A stretch of DNA of 62,816 bases from Oscillospiraceae bacterium (lineage in GTDB: Bacteria; Bacillota; Clostridia; Oscillospirales; Oscillospiraceae): positions 17,327 to 80,142 of the forward strand of contig CADCLH010000001.1 of assembly GCA_902802215.1 (NCBI GenBank). Reading direction: 5' to 3'. The first letter of the stretch is position 1. Every line of letters starts with the position of its first letter. Position numbers and translations under genes: made by a program. Positions 45,556 through 54,925 of this stretch are shown in pieces. Below the pieces are notes generated by a model. That model saw only the letters and a program-made list of their open reading frames with translations. It had not been told where the DNA came from and did no database searches.

Positions 45556-46545
45556 ATGGCCGCGGGAGATAACCAAAAACTCAAAATGCTCTATCTTGTC
45601 AAAATCTTCTCCGAGGAGACGGACGATTCCCATGCCCTGTCCCTGCAGGAGATCGTCGACCGGCTCGAGGTTTACGGCGTGAATGCGGAGCGTAAGACGC
45701 TGTACAAGGACTTCGGCGAGCTGGAGAAGTTTGGCCTCGAAATCCTCAGTGAACAGTCGGGACGGAATGTGCTCTATCATCTCGCCACGCGCCGTTTTGA
45801 GCTGCCGGAGCTGAAATTACTGGTGGATGCGGTGCAGGGCTCCCGCTTTATCACGGAGAAAAAATCCCGCCAGCTTATCAAAAAATTAGAATCCCTCGCC
45901 AGCATCCACGAGGCCCAGCGCCTCCAGCGGCAGGTGCTGATCACCGGGCGCATCAAGGCCATGAATGAGAGCATTTTCTACAATGTGGACATGCTGCACG
46001 AGGCCATCAACACCGACCGTCAGATCCGTTTTCAATACTTCCAGTGGAACGTCCGCAGGGAGCAGGAGCTGCGCCACGGCGGAGAGTGGTATCGCATCAG
46101 CCCCTGGTGCCTGCTGTGGGACGATGAAAACTACTACCTCGTCGCCTACGACGCAAACGACCGAAAGATCAAGCACTACCGCGTGGACAAGATTCTGCGC
46201 CTGTCCATCACCGACAAGCCCCGCGAGGGCAAACAGCAGTTCAAGGAGTTCGACGCCGCAAAATATACGCGCGGCCTCTTCGGCATGTATGGCGGCAAGC
46301 TCACGCGGGTGACCCTCGAGGGACGCAGCGACATGGCCGGCCCGCTGATCGACCGCTTCGGCAGGGACATCACGATCCAGCCGATCGACGACGACACCTT
46401 TACCGCGTCGGTCGAGGTCAGCGCGAGCCGTCACTTTATCGCCTGGATCATCGCGCTCGGCGACGGTATCCGCATCACCGGCCCGAAATCGCTGGTGGAC
46501 GACATGCGCACCGAGGCAAAACGCCTTGCCGAACTGTACCCATAA
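45556..46545 (+). CDS. HTH-WYL-WCX transcriptional regulator (BrxR/CapW/PafBC-like architecture)
   Basis: N-terminal wHTH (KMLYLVKIFSEETDDSHALSLQEIVDRL), WYL domain (IRFQYFQW...WYRISPWCLLWDDENYYLVAYD...IKHYRVDKI), C-terminal extension. Confidence 0.8.
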   Translation: MAAGDNQKLKMLYLVKIFSEETDDSHALSLQEIVDRLEVYGVNAERKTLYKDFGELEKFGLEILSEQSGRNVLYHLATRRFELPELKLLVDAVQGSRFITEKKSRQLIKKLESLASIHEAQRLQRQVLITGRIKAMNESIFYNVDMLHEAINTDRQIRFQYFQWNVRREQELRHGGEWYRISPWCLLWDDENYYLVAYDANDRKIKHYRVDKILRLSITDKPREGKQQFKEFDAAKYTRGLFGMYGGKLTRVTLEGRSDMAGPLIDRFGRDITIQPIDDDTFTASVEVSASRHFIAWIIALGDGIRITGPKSLVDDMRTEAKRLAELYP

Positions 46546-46656
46546 TTAGGCGGCTTCATCCTCCATGCTTTCGTAGTAGTCGCGCTCGCTGCTGAAAAGC
46601 AGATAGCGCCCATTTACATAGCCGTAATACCCGCTGCCTGCGTAATAACCTTTCAT
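46546..46656 (-). CDS. Small Tyr/Gly-rich hypothetical protein (36 aa)
   Basis: Read by hand as MKGYYAGSGYYGYVNGRYLLFSSERDYYESMEDEAA. AGGAGG SD 8 nt before the ATG. Its stop abuts the WYL gene stop. Confidence 0.45.
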   Translation of the reverse strand: MKGYYAGSGYYGYVNGRYLLFSSERDYYESMEDEAA

Positions 46657-46671
46657 TTCATATACCTCCTT

Positions 46672-47237
46672 GTTCTTCCTGCATACAGAATAGCATAAAA
46701 CATGTCCAGAAAATTCCCCTTGGTCGGCACAAGACCTTAAATCGAGGGAAACTTTCTGGACATGTTTTGCTGTATAATAAGGAATGAAAACGGGGCGTTA
46801 TCCCCGCGTCACAAAGGAGGCGAACTGTATGAAAGAGAAAACCTGGCTTCCGGGGAATATCAGCGACCGCGTGCGTGATTTGCGCGAGGAGTGGGGCCTG
46901 ACGCGAAAAGAGCTTGCCCAGCGCAGCGGGGTCGATGAAAGCCAGCTCGGGCGGATCGAGAACAACAAGATTCGGAAAATCCAGGACGACGCGCTGACAA
47001 AGCTGGCAAAATTCTTTTGCGTGTCCACGGATTTTCTGCTCGGCCTTACCGACATTCCCGACCGGAAGAATTACGATACCACGGTGGTATTACTTCCGAT
47101 CGCTTCTGACACCATACACAGCGCGGGCAAAGATGCTGATACCAACCATGCCTGAAAGTGGTATCAACACCAGAGATCATGTCACCAGAAAGAAGTCCAT
47201 TTGATACCAGCGTGGGAAGCTTTGTGCAAAACCGAAC
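46672..47237 (+). repeat. Direct repeat R1: internally deleted copy of the XRE-sigma module
   Basis: 46672-47078 aligns to 55025-55431 and 47075-47237 aligns to 56726-56892, with only scattered mismatches. The junction falls in a shared GATA. Confidence 0.85.
46829..47155 (+). pseudogene. Truncated XRE-family regulator (deletion derivative of the 55182-56018 gene)
   Basis: The first ~83 aa are near-identical to the R2 copy (MKEKTWLPGNISDRVRDLREEWGLTRKELAQRSG...). After DRKNYD it reads into the former 3' UTR. Confidence 0.75.
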
Positions 47238-47353
47238 GAAAAGAGAAAACGGACCGGAGCCGCACATGAAGGATGTGCAGACTCCGATCCGTTTTTGCGG
47301 GGGAAACGATGCGAGAAAACAGGCAAGCGTAGCATTACACGATATCGTCTTTG

Positions 47354-47382
47354 TTGCTTTTCCAATTGCTGTATGTTACAAT
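47354..47382 (+). promoter_or_regulatory. Promoter of the cassette
   Basis: TTGCTT (47354-47359), 17 nt spacer, TACAAT (47377-47382). Confidence 0.5.
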
Positions 47383-47459
47383 ACAGGAAGTTTTATATAA
47401 AAGCAATTTATTTATAGGTTTTCTTCACTGGCATACTATAAGAGAAGGAGACAAGAGGT

Positions 47460-50057
47460 ATGAAGTGCGTGAAATGCGGAACCGAGCTCAATGCGAGCAT
47501 GCTCAGAGCCGACGGGGCGCTGGAGTGCCCGAACTGCGGTGCCGTATACAGGAAAAAGAACAGCGCGGCGCCTCAGCCGAAAGCGGCGGCGCCGACGGGG
47601 TCTGACCGCGCCGGACAGGCGGCGCGGGGCGACGCGGCACGCGCGACCCTGAACAGGGCCGTTCAGTATGGGAAAAACACAGCTGACGCCCTGCGCAGCG
47701 ATCCGAACGTGCAGCGAGCCGCCGAAGCATACCGGGCCGGAAAAGCCGCGTTGTCCGAGACTGCTGCAGAAACATATGCATCAGGGAAAAAATGGGTCGA
47801 AGCGCAGAGAACAGCAAAAGCAGCGGGCAAGGTGGCTGGCCCCATGCTCCGGCGCGGCGCTCTGAAGCCGATCCTCTTGGCGCTGGTCGTGGTGCTGGGC
47901 ATCGTATTCGGCGGCTATGCGATCGTGCACAATTCCGGCGGGGCGTCCCTGTCCATCTTTGAGAGCCGGGACGAGCGGGATGTGAAGGATCTGCTGAAAC
48001 GGCTTGAGAAGGCCTACAACAAGCAGGATACCTATGCCCTTTTGCAGCTCTATGATCCCACCTATACTGACGCCATGTTCGGCATGCTGAACCTGTTCGG
48101 CCTCAAGGGCGACGCGCTCAAGAGCATGCTGCCTCTGGCCTCGCAGTTCATCTCCCAATACAACAGCCAGTACGGCACCACGGACAGCGGGACAATCAAG
48201 GTGAAGCTGCTGGATTATGAGACGGACGATTCGACGGGCGCTGTAAAATACGAGGTCACGTTCTCCTTCAAGGACGGAACAAAGCAGACCCTGACGGAGA
48301 CGACGGACATCGTCAAAGTCGACGACAAATGGTACTTTTCGTATTATCAGAGCGGGTCAGGCAGTCTCTCCTCCGGCACAGCGGCTGCGCATACCCCGGC
48401 GCCGCCCCCCACGCCAACGCCAAAGCCGGATTATGGCCCTGTCCCTGTCAACACGAATCTGTCCGACTCGGATATTGAGGGAACAATGTATTCATTTCAG
48501 GGGACAAAGCGGGACGGTGGCCTGGGCTGGGGTATCATGAATGAGCACGGCACGGAGGTCTTCGCACCGTTTTTCGATAAGATCGCGTTTTGCGGCGACG
48601 ATTTCCTTGTGACGATGGACAACAAATATTGGGGCGCTGTCGACCGCAGAGGCAAGATGCTCGTGGATTATGATCTCATTGACGCGCAGAGCCTCTGGAA
48701 CGGCTATATCAGCTATACGGATTCGGACGGCAGACTGCGCGCTCTGTACAATCTGAAGACCGGGGCCTCGACCCCCTTCGTCTATGAGGAGCTCGGACAT
48801 GTGGACGAAAACGGTCTCTTCAGAGCCAAAAAGGGCGGACTGTGGGGCTTGATCGACGACCGCGGGAACGTGAAGGTTGACTTCCAGTATCAGATGATCG
48901 CAAGAGATATTACATTGGACGGCCTGTATCCGGCAGAAAAAGGAGGATACTACGGCCTCTTTGACACGGAGGGCAATATCCGCGTTGATTTTCGCTATGA
49001 TGAGTTACAGCTCTACAGCGGCGATCTCATTGCGGTCTCTCTGAACGGTGCCTGGGGGCTTGTGGACGGCCATGGAACGGAAATACTGCCCCTTGCGCAC
49101 AATCGTAAGTTCCTCCGATTCAACCATGAGGAGAAAACGCTTTTCGTAGCAGGGTTTAGTGATCAGTCGAATTCCGACTACGAATGGTCTAACGGACAGT
49201 GCGTGAATGTTTATGCCCAGGATGGAAAACTTTTGGCTTCAACGCCGTATAGTACCTATTATTTGCTTAACAAGGGAAGAATCCTTGTGAAGCAGCGCAG
49301 CGAAATCTATCACAGCGGCTATGTGTATCGCTATCTTCTGATGGACGCTTATGGAAATATCCTGTTCGATACCGAGCCGGTTATGCACCACGTGATCGAC
49401 TCTTATCTTGCGAACCATCCCGATCGGGTCAATTCGTATTATCTCCCTGTCATCAATCTTAGCCAGATCGGCCAGTCTGACTATCTTCTGTTGATAACAC
49501 GCATTCAGGATATGAAAGACAACGAAAGACTCTTCCTGATCCTTGACAAAAACGGGGTCCCGCTCACACAGAGCTTTCTCACCGGCGGTTCGACAGCGCC
49601 GGAAGTGTTCCTGTCCCACGACGGAACGCGTCTGTTTGTTTCCTGTTCGGAGCTTGGCAGTATACACAGAACCAAAACGAGAGTGTATTCCTTCCCGGAT
49701 ATGACACTCCTGTCAGAGCATCCGTTCGCGCTCTCGGAGCTGCATGAATACGGGGACAGCTTTATAGGAGGGGACGAAAGCACACACAAATACCACCTGA
49801 TGGATCGAAACGGAAATTCACAGAAGCAATATACATCTTATTCGGGTTACGCCATAGCGGACGCCGGTTCGTATGCCATTCTTTCAGACGGTATCTATTA
49901 CGGTGTCTTAACCGACACGGGCTTTGCCGGAAATGGCGTTGCTTATACGGAAAAACCGACCTATAATTCCGCCGCGCGCGTCTTCACGCTCAGCGACGGG
50001 AGCAGGAAGGAGTTTTATCGCTATAACCCGGACGGAACGCTGACGCCGTTCTCGTGA
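47460..50057 (+). CDS. Zinc-ribbon membrane protein with NTF2-like module and WG-containing repeats (865 aa)
   Basis: N-terminal CxxC...CxxC (MKCVKCG...CPNCG), TM ILLALVVVLGIVFGGYAIV, DUF4878/NTF2-like stretch, Pro-rich linker. Then repeated xWGxxDxxGxxxxxxxYD units (GWGIMNEHG, YWGAVDRRG, LWGLIDDRG, YYGLFDTEG, AWGLVDGHG). Confidence 0.75.
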   Translation: MKCVKCGTELNASMLRADGALECPNCGAVYRKKNSAAPQPKAAAPTGSDRAGQAARGDAARATLNRAVQYGKNTADALRSDPNVQRAAEAYRAGKAALSETAAETYASGKKWVEAQRTAKAAGKVAGPMLRRGALKPILLALVVVLGIVFGGYAIVHNSGGASLSIFESRDERDVKDLLKRLEKAYNKQDTYALLQLYDPTYTDAMFGMLNLFGLKGDALKSMLPLASQFISQYNSQYGTTDSGTIKVKLLDYETDDSTGAVKYEVTFSFKDGTKQTLTETTDIVKVDDKWYFSYYQSGSGSLSSGTAAAHTPAPPPTPTPKPDYGPVPVNTNLSDSDIEGTMYSFQGTKRDGGLGWGIMNEHGTEVFAPFFDKIAFCGDDFLVTMDNKYWGAVDRRGKMLVDYDLIDAQSLWNGYISYTDSDGRLRALYNLKTGASTPFVYEELGHVDENGLFRAKKGGLWGLIDDRGNVKVDFQYQMIARDITLDGLYPAEKGGYYGLFDTEGNIRVDFRYDELQLYSGDLIAVSLNGAWGLVDGHGTEILPLAHNRKFLRFNHEEKTLFVAGFSDQSNSDYEWSNGQCVNVYAQDGKLLASTPYSTYYLLNKGRILVKQRSEIYHSGYVYRYLLMDAYGNILFDTEPVMHHVIDSYLANHPDRVNSYYLPVINLSQIGQSDYLLLITRIQDMKDNERLFLILDKNGVPLTQSFLTGGSTAPEVFLSHDGTRLFVSCSELGSIHRTKTRVYSFPDMTLLSEHPFALSELHEYGDSFIGGDESTHKYHLMDRNGNSQKQYTSYSGYAIADAGSYAILSDGIYYGVLTDTGFAGNGVAYTEKPTYNSAARVFTLSDGSRKEFYRYNPDGTLTPFS

Positions 50058-50108
50058 TCGTCACGGGCCGAAATGCTTTTAAAAAAGTGAATGTGAGGAT
50101 AATGTGTC

Positions 50109-50585
50109 ATGTGGTTGCTCTTTATAGCCATGCTTCTGATTGTCGCAGTCTATGGAAACTATAACCTTAAGAAAAACCGGCAGCTTGCAGCGAACGGGGA
50201 CGTCATCCAGAGAGAAGAATATTTCTGGGAAAACACCGAGTACCTGTATTCTGGCGCAACATACGGGGAAGTGATGGATGCAATCAATCGGGCGGATTTT
50301 TCGGCCTGCAGAGTGACAATAACTCCCAATTATGAAGGGTCCAAAATCTGCGCATTTGTGGCGAAGGGAAGATTCTCGGCAGCGCTGGTATACCACGGAG
50401 AAGAAAACGGAGAGCATATCTATGAGTTCAGCGTTCTCTCATGGAAACCTGACCGCCTCGTGACCGCTTCTGTTCAGATGAATGGGTTGTTGACCATACT
50501 TGAAAAAATATTTCTGTCCATCGACCCGGACACTGAAGTGGAAATACAGACAAATGACGTCAAAACCAAAACGTCATTCTTATGA
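50109..50585 (+). CDS. Hypothetical membrane-anchored protein (158 aa)
   Basis: N-terminal TM MWLLFIAMLLIVAVYG. No recognisable motif. Confidence 0.55.
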   Translation: MWLLFIAMLLIVAVYGNYNLKKNRQLAANGDVIQREEYFWENTEYLYSGATYGEVMDAINRADFSACRVTITPNYEGSKICAFVAKGRFSAALVYHGEENGEHIYEFSVLSWKPDRLVTASVQMNGLLTILEKIFLSIDPDTEVEIQTNDVKTKTSFL

Positions 50586-50604
50586 AGCAGAGAGGTGATC
50601 CTTG

Positions 50605-51564
50605 ATGTCAGGTAATGAATTGTTGGCTGTTCTGCTATGCGTAGGCGCGTTCGCTCTCATTCTGGTTGTAAGGTATCTTATAAATGTGGGAGTCGATAAG
50701 GCATCAGATAAAATTCACAGAATAAGTAAGAAAAAAACAGCGGCAAGTCTGCCGCAGGGACGCTTCCGGCTCGCAGATCGCTATGACGGCACGCTGAACG
50801 CAGCAATAGCCAAGAATAAAGCAGAGAGATCGAAGTCACCGCAGATGCGTGCTCCCATGATCAGAACTGGTAAAAACGAGTCTCATGACGAGGCAGCACT
50901 CTCCATGGAAGAATGGGAGCTTGAAGAGGAGACGCCTCCCGTTCCCGCGCCTCAGCCGCGCCCGCGCCCGGCTCCAAAGCCGCAGCTTTCGGACAGCGAA
51001 TGGGAGCTGGAAGAAGAGACGCCGCCCGCTCCCGCGCCGCAGCCTCAGCCGCGCCCGGCTCCAAAGCCGCAGCTTTCGGACAGCGAATGGGCGCTGGAAG
51101 AAGAGACGCCGCCCGCTCCCGCACCGCAGCCTCAGCCGCGCCCGGTCCCCCGGCCCGAACCGGTTCCCTCGCCTTCACCGGCAAGACGCACAGTTGAGGC
51201 AAAGAGCGCGGCAAAACCGCGCGCATCCGCCCCGGTGCCCGAATCCACGCTCCCGACATTTGACATCCCGGACACGATCCCGCCTTTCCAGGAAGACCGC
51301 TGCTGTATCTGCAACGGAGAACTCGGCGGGAAATTCGCCGTGCTGTTCAAGGCGGAGAGCGGCGCGGAGGCCCGTATTGACCGGGACTGCGTTACGAAAT
51401 TCAACAAAATTGTAAAAGGTACCGATCCGTACGAGATTGTTGATGCCGGACAATATTTGCTGTCGCGATATGACGCAGTAGATCCGAAAGTAGCTCCGTA
51501 TCTCAAAAAATATGCTAAGGTTGCTTACGACCGCTTAAAACAGTGGAAAGCAACCAACAAATAA
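50605..51564 (+). CDS. Membrane-anchored protein with Pro-rich 29-aa tandem repeats and a C-terminal Cys motif
   Basis: TM LLAVLLCVGAFALILVV. About 2.7 copies of EWELEEETPPxPAPQPxPRPAPKPQLSDS. C-terminal CCICNG...DRDC. Confidence 0.65.
   Translation: MSGNELLAVLLCVGAFALILVVRYLINVGVDKASDKIHRISKKKTAASLPQGRFRLADRYDGTLNAAIAKNKAERSKSPQMRAPMIRTGKNESHDEAALSMEEWELEEETPPVPAPQPRPRPAPKPQLSDSEWELEEETPPAPAPQPQPRPAPKPQLSDSEWALEEETPPAPAPQPQPRPVPRPEPVPSPSPARRTVEAKSAAKPRASAPVPESTLPTFDIPDTIPPFQEDRCCICNGELGGKFAVLFKAESGAEARIDRDCVTKFNKIVKGTDPYEIVDAGQYLLSRYDAVDPKVAPYLKKYAKVAYDRLKQWKATNK
50911..51146 (+). repeat. 87-bp tandem repeat, about 2.7 copies (coding)
   Basis: Units start at 50911, 50998 and 51085, are near-identical, and are in frame. 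Confidence 0.9.
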
Positions 51565-51629
51565 GCCACAAAAAAATAGCTTGAAAGGCAGGTTCCAATT
51601 ATGAGGAGAGTAGTTTCTTTTATATAGTA

Positions 51630-52016
51630 TTGCTTATGATTATTTCGCTCTGTGCTTGTGGAAAAAAGGAAGAAAAAGCTTCTGTTCCGGAAGAACTTGT
51701 TGGATCATGGGACGATGATAGGCTTTATACAACTTTTCCTGTTGCTGCTATTGACATTAACAGTGACGGCTCTGCTACGATTTACATGGATCATACTTAT
51801 ACTGGGCATATCGTATCGAAAAAAGGAAAATATGAAATCATAGTCGATGATACGGCTGGCTCAGCAGTAGCCGGAATTACGGTAGAAGAAGTAAAAAAAG
51901 CGTATAAAATCACTGCTGAACTTAGCGGAGACGGTAAGACGCTGACGATATTTATAAAAGCAAAGAGCGGATACTATTATATCGGCGATAAATCGCAAAC
52001 ATTCAAAAAACAGTAA
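51630..52016 (+). CDS. Putative lipoprotein (signal peptide apparently frame-shifted)
   Basis: Lipobox-like IISLCAC|G right at the ORF start. An upstream ATG 51601 (MRRVVSFI*) is in another frame. Confidence 0.5.
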   Translation: MLMIISLCACGKKEEKASVPEELVGSWDDDRLYTTFPVAAIDINSDGSATIYMDHTYTGHIVSKKGKYEIIVDDTAGSAVAGITVEEVKKAYKITAELSGDGKTLTIFIKAKSGYYYIGDKSQTFKKQ

Positions 52017-52108
52017 AAGAAACACTCTTGAGCCCATCATCTATTGAAGTCTATGCCTTTCCTTTTGGCGGATGACAACAATAAACTTAGTCATATTGGT
52101 GAGAAAAC

Positions 52109-53689
52109 ATGATTTGTCCGAACTGCAAAAAAGAAAACACAGAAAACACCAGATGGTGCTGTTATTGCGGCAGTCTGCTGGACGGTTCGGAAGATGCGTT
52201 TGCTCTCTCTGAGGCCGAGCCAGAGGCGCGTGTGCCAAAAACAGAGGGACGGCCGAAGTCCCGACAGGAGGAACCCAAGCGGGGCAGGGGCGGCAGAATT
52301 GCCTTCTGGATCGTTCTCAGCCTCATTCTCCTCGCGTTGATCGCAGCGCTGTGCGTCTGGTTTATCCCATCTCTCAACCCGCTCAAGCGGGAAAAGCCAC
52401 AGCCGGCAACCGTCGGTGGAAGCAATGTCCCCGCCGTTGTACAGCAGGAACGCCCCATCGCGGAAAGCGCCGCCGCGCCGACCGCTTCCCACGAAGCAGA
52501 TCCCACATTTAACCCGCCCGTGTCCGCCGCCGCTGCCGATGCCTGGGACAAGGTCTATCAATTCTTCGTGCTGAACCAATTCGCCGTCGGCGGGGACTAC
52601 AGCTCCGGAGTGAGCGGGGAGAAAAATTTTGCCGTTAACGGCGTTCCATTTTTCAAGGGAAAGTATTCGGAGCCAAAGTTCAGCCTCTATGACATGGATG
52701 GCAACAGCGTGCCGGAGCTGATAATCTATAATGGCGCTTCGGCCTTAGCCGCTGGACTGGACCACGTCTTCACCTGCGAGAATGGACAAATTCTCTATCT
52801 TGGCAAGATCGGTTTCCGCGGCTGCAAACTGTACTGCTGCGAAGGTTCGTCTCTCCCGGGCCTGTTCTGTACGGACGGCAACAACGGTGTTTTCCGCACA
52901 GAGTATTATGCCCTTCAAAACGGGAGCATTGTGTCCGAGGAGTTGAACGCGGCCCCCGACGGCACGCCGGGCGCGCTGAGATTCTTCACTGTTGACGAGA
53001 TTCGCGCCATGGGCTGGGACAGCTTCCTTGAGGCGGTGAGTACGCGCGATCCCATGCAAATCCCGCAGTCGGCCCCCGCTCCGGTTCAGAGAACGGAGAT
53101 CGCAATGGACGCGGGATTGCAGTACACGGCGAACATTTTTCTGTCCAACTTCTCCGAGCAGAACGCCTTTGAACGAAACGGCTTTGATGTCAGCAGCCCG
53201 CGTTATGAAGAACTGATCCAGTTCGTCTACCTGTACTGCAAGATCAACCGGCGTGGCGCGCTCGGCGTTGAGACGACACAGGAGGGTTCCTTCTACACGG
53301 TGAGCCTGGATACCGTCAACGATGTGCTGAACCGCCACTTCGGAATCACGCTGACGCGGGACCAGGCTTCGCGGATCGGAAATTACCGGAACGGCTCGTT
53401 CTATTATATCGCCGCGGACGGGGAATCCTACAACAGGCTGACCGTGGTCAACAGGATGGAGTCTCTCGGCGACGGGACCTTCGAGCTGCAATTTGATATC
53501 TACAGCCTCAACCTGGATGTCTATTACGCAAACAACGGCGCGGTCGACGCCGGCTATTACTACACGAGCGCAAGCGCTGCCAGGGCAGACGCGAATCTGA
53601 CCTGGAAGGCTGCCGGAACCGCTCTCGTGCGTCCATACAACCATGACGGATATCAAACCATGCAGCTGATTCGCTATACCGTCTATTAA
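52109..53689 (+). CDS. Zinc-ribbon membrane protein with large extracytoplasmic domain (526 aa)
   Basis: MICPNCKKEN...CCYCG zinc ribbon, TM IAFWIVLSLILLALIAALCVWFI, and an uncharacterised C-terminal ~400 aa. Confidence 0.7.
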   Translation: MICPNCKKENTENTRWCCYCGSLLDGSEDAFALSEAEPEARVPKTEGRPKSRQEEPKRGRGGRIAFWIVLSLILLALIAALCVWFIPSLNPLKREKPQPATVGGSNVPAVVQQERPIAESAAAPTASHEADPTFNPPVSAAAADAWDKVYQFFVLNQFAVGGDYSSGVSGEKNFAVNGVPFFKGKYSEPKFSLYDMDGNSVPELIIYNGASALAAGLDHVFTCENGQILYLGKIGFRGCKLYCCEGSSLPGLFCTDGNNGVFRTEYYALQNGSIVSEELNAAPDGTPGALRFFTVDEIRAMGWDSFLEAVSTRDPMQIPQSAPAPVQRTEIAMDAGLQYTANIFLSNFSEQNAFERNGFDVSSPRYEELIQFVYLYCKINRRGALGVETTQEGSFYTVSLDTVNDVLNRHFGITLTRDQASRIGNYRNGSFYYIAADGESYNRLTVVNRMESLGDGTFELQFDIYSLNLDVYYANNGAVDAGYYYTSASAARADANLTWKAAGTALVRPYNHDGYQTMQLIRYTVY

Positions 53690-53854
53690 AGCAAACCTGA
53701 ATCCGTGAAACTTGCTTGCTAAAAAGAACTCGCAGGGAAGACACGGGGAAGACCATGCGAGTTACCCTCGAAAGGGCGCGGATTGCGAGAAAATGGGTAC
53801 AGCAAAGCTGCCCCCCAGCTGAGAGCAAAATGTTTCCATATAGATTGTCAAGCG

Positions 53855-54925
53855 TCAGGTTGCAGCAAACCTCGTCCAGGTCTGCATAAAGGCAAAGCGC
53901 CAGGTATTGCTTCGTCCGAGCGCCATAAGTGTCTGACGGGCATGGGTCGTCACGTGACTTGCCAATAAGATCAGGTTCCCGATGACAGTACGGATTCTGC
54001 GGCGTTTAACCCGCTTTTTCTGATCGGGCTTATGCCTCAGCGACTCCTGCCCGATCATGCGCAGCAGATTGTAGGCGATGATTGTCAGCTCCAGTACCAG
54101 CTCGATGGTTGCAAACTTCTCGGAGGGGAGTCTCTCCACATCCATGTCGGTCTTGATCTCGCTGTGGAACTGTTCACATTCCCCGTGGGCGTGATAGGAC
54201 TCGATGATCTGATCGTCTGTCCAGCCGAGATTTGTCCACCATGTATTCACCTCAACGTCTGTTTCCAGCAGAATCTGTCCGCGCTTGTCGGTCGTACGCT
54301 CAATGATCTCATACACGATGCGCATACAGATCGTTTTGTGCTCACCCTCTCCTGTGACGTATTCTACATCCTTCCACGAGGAGCCAACATAGACGATCTT
54401 TCCTTCACGCGGATGGCGGATATCCTTGCAGCAGTTCTGAACGCAGCTGAGCCAGTCTGCCTTTGCCTCACCTCTGCGCAGATTGCGTTTCACGATGAAC
54501 CAGCTTCCATCTTCCAGAAGAATACCAAGATTCTCCTTCGCGTCATTCCCGGAATCCATGCGGATCAGAAGCGGTTTGTCTGTTATGCCATGGCTCAGCC
54601 GAAGCGTTTCCTTCAAAAAGGCCGGCGTTCCCTTTTGGCAGTGCTGGCTTCCTTCACGAAGCTCAGTGTCCACAAGAAAGCCTTCCCTCCCAATATAGGC
54701 CATGATCGGCGCATAGCCGTCGAAGCCTTTATAAGTTCTGGATACGCCCGCCTTGCGCGTTTTGGAATTATCCATCGGCGTCACATCAATATCTACCGGG
54801 ACTTCTCCACTTTGCAGAGCGCTTGGCTCCACTCCGTGCGCACGAAACATTTCTACATTAGCTTTCAGAAGCTTCGGTCGTATAATGTGATTCGACTCAT
54901 ATATAACCTGCTTTCCGCAGAACAT
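53855..54925 (-). mobile_element. IS1380-family DDE transposase, 5'-truncated remnant
   Basis: The 356 aa have family-typical segments (GFDGYAPIMAYIG..., LIRMDSGNDA, WWTNL...IESYHAHGECEQFHSEIK). An in-frame TAA lies immediately upstream of the first Met, and no N-terminal ~90 aa is present. Confidence 0.7.

Larger units (their letters stand above)
40014..46670. mobile_element. Integrative mobilisable element core (int, xis, MobV relaxase, ParMR, regulators) inserted next to tRNA-Pro; right boundary uncertain
   Basis: The integrase lies directly 3' of the tRNA, followed by excisionase, relaxase and plasmid-type partition genes. I could not identify attR by eye. Confidence 0.5.

Noticed and set aside
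45156-45584. 142-aa ORF on the minus strand spanning the WYL promoter region
   Set aside because: It has no SD and an odd composition, and it overlaps the WYL gene start and promoter. A shorter 58-aa ORF in another frame has better signals, although that one is itself only tentative.
50911-51146. Regular tandem repeats that might be mistaken for a CRISPR array near a cas operon
   Set aside because: The units are 87 bp, directly abutting with no unique spacers. They are in frame inside a CDS and encode a Pro-rich peptide repeat.
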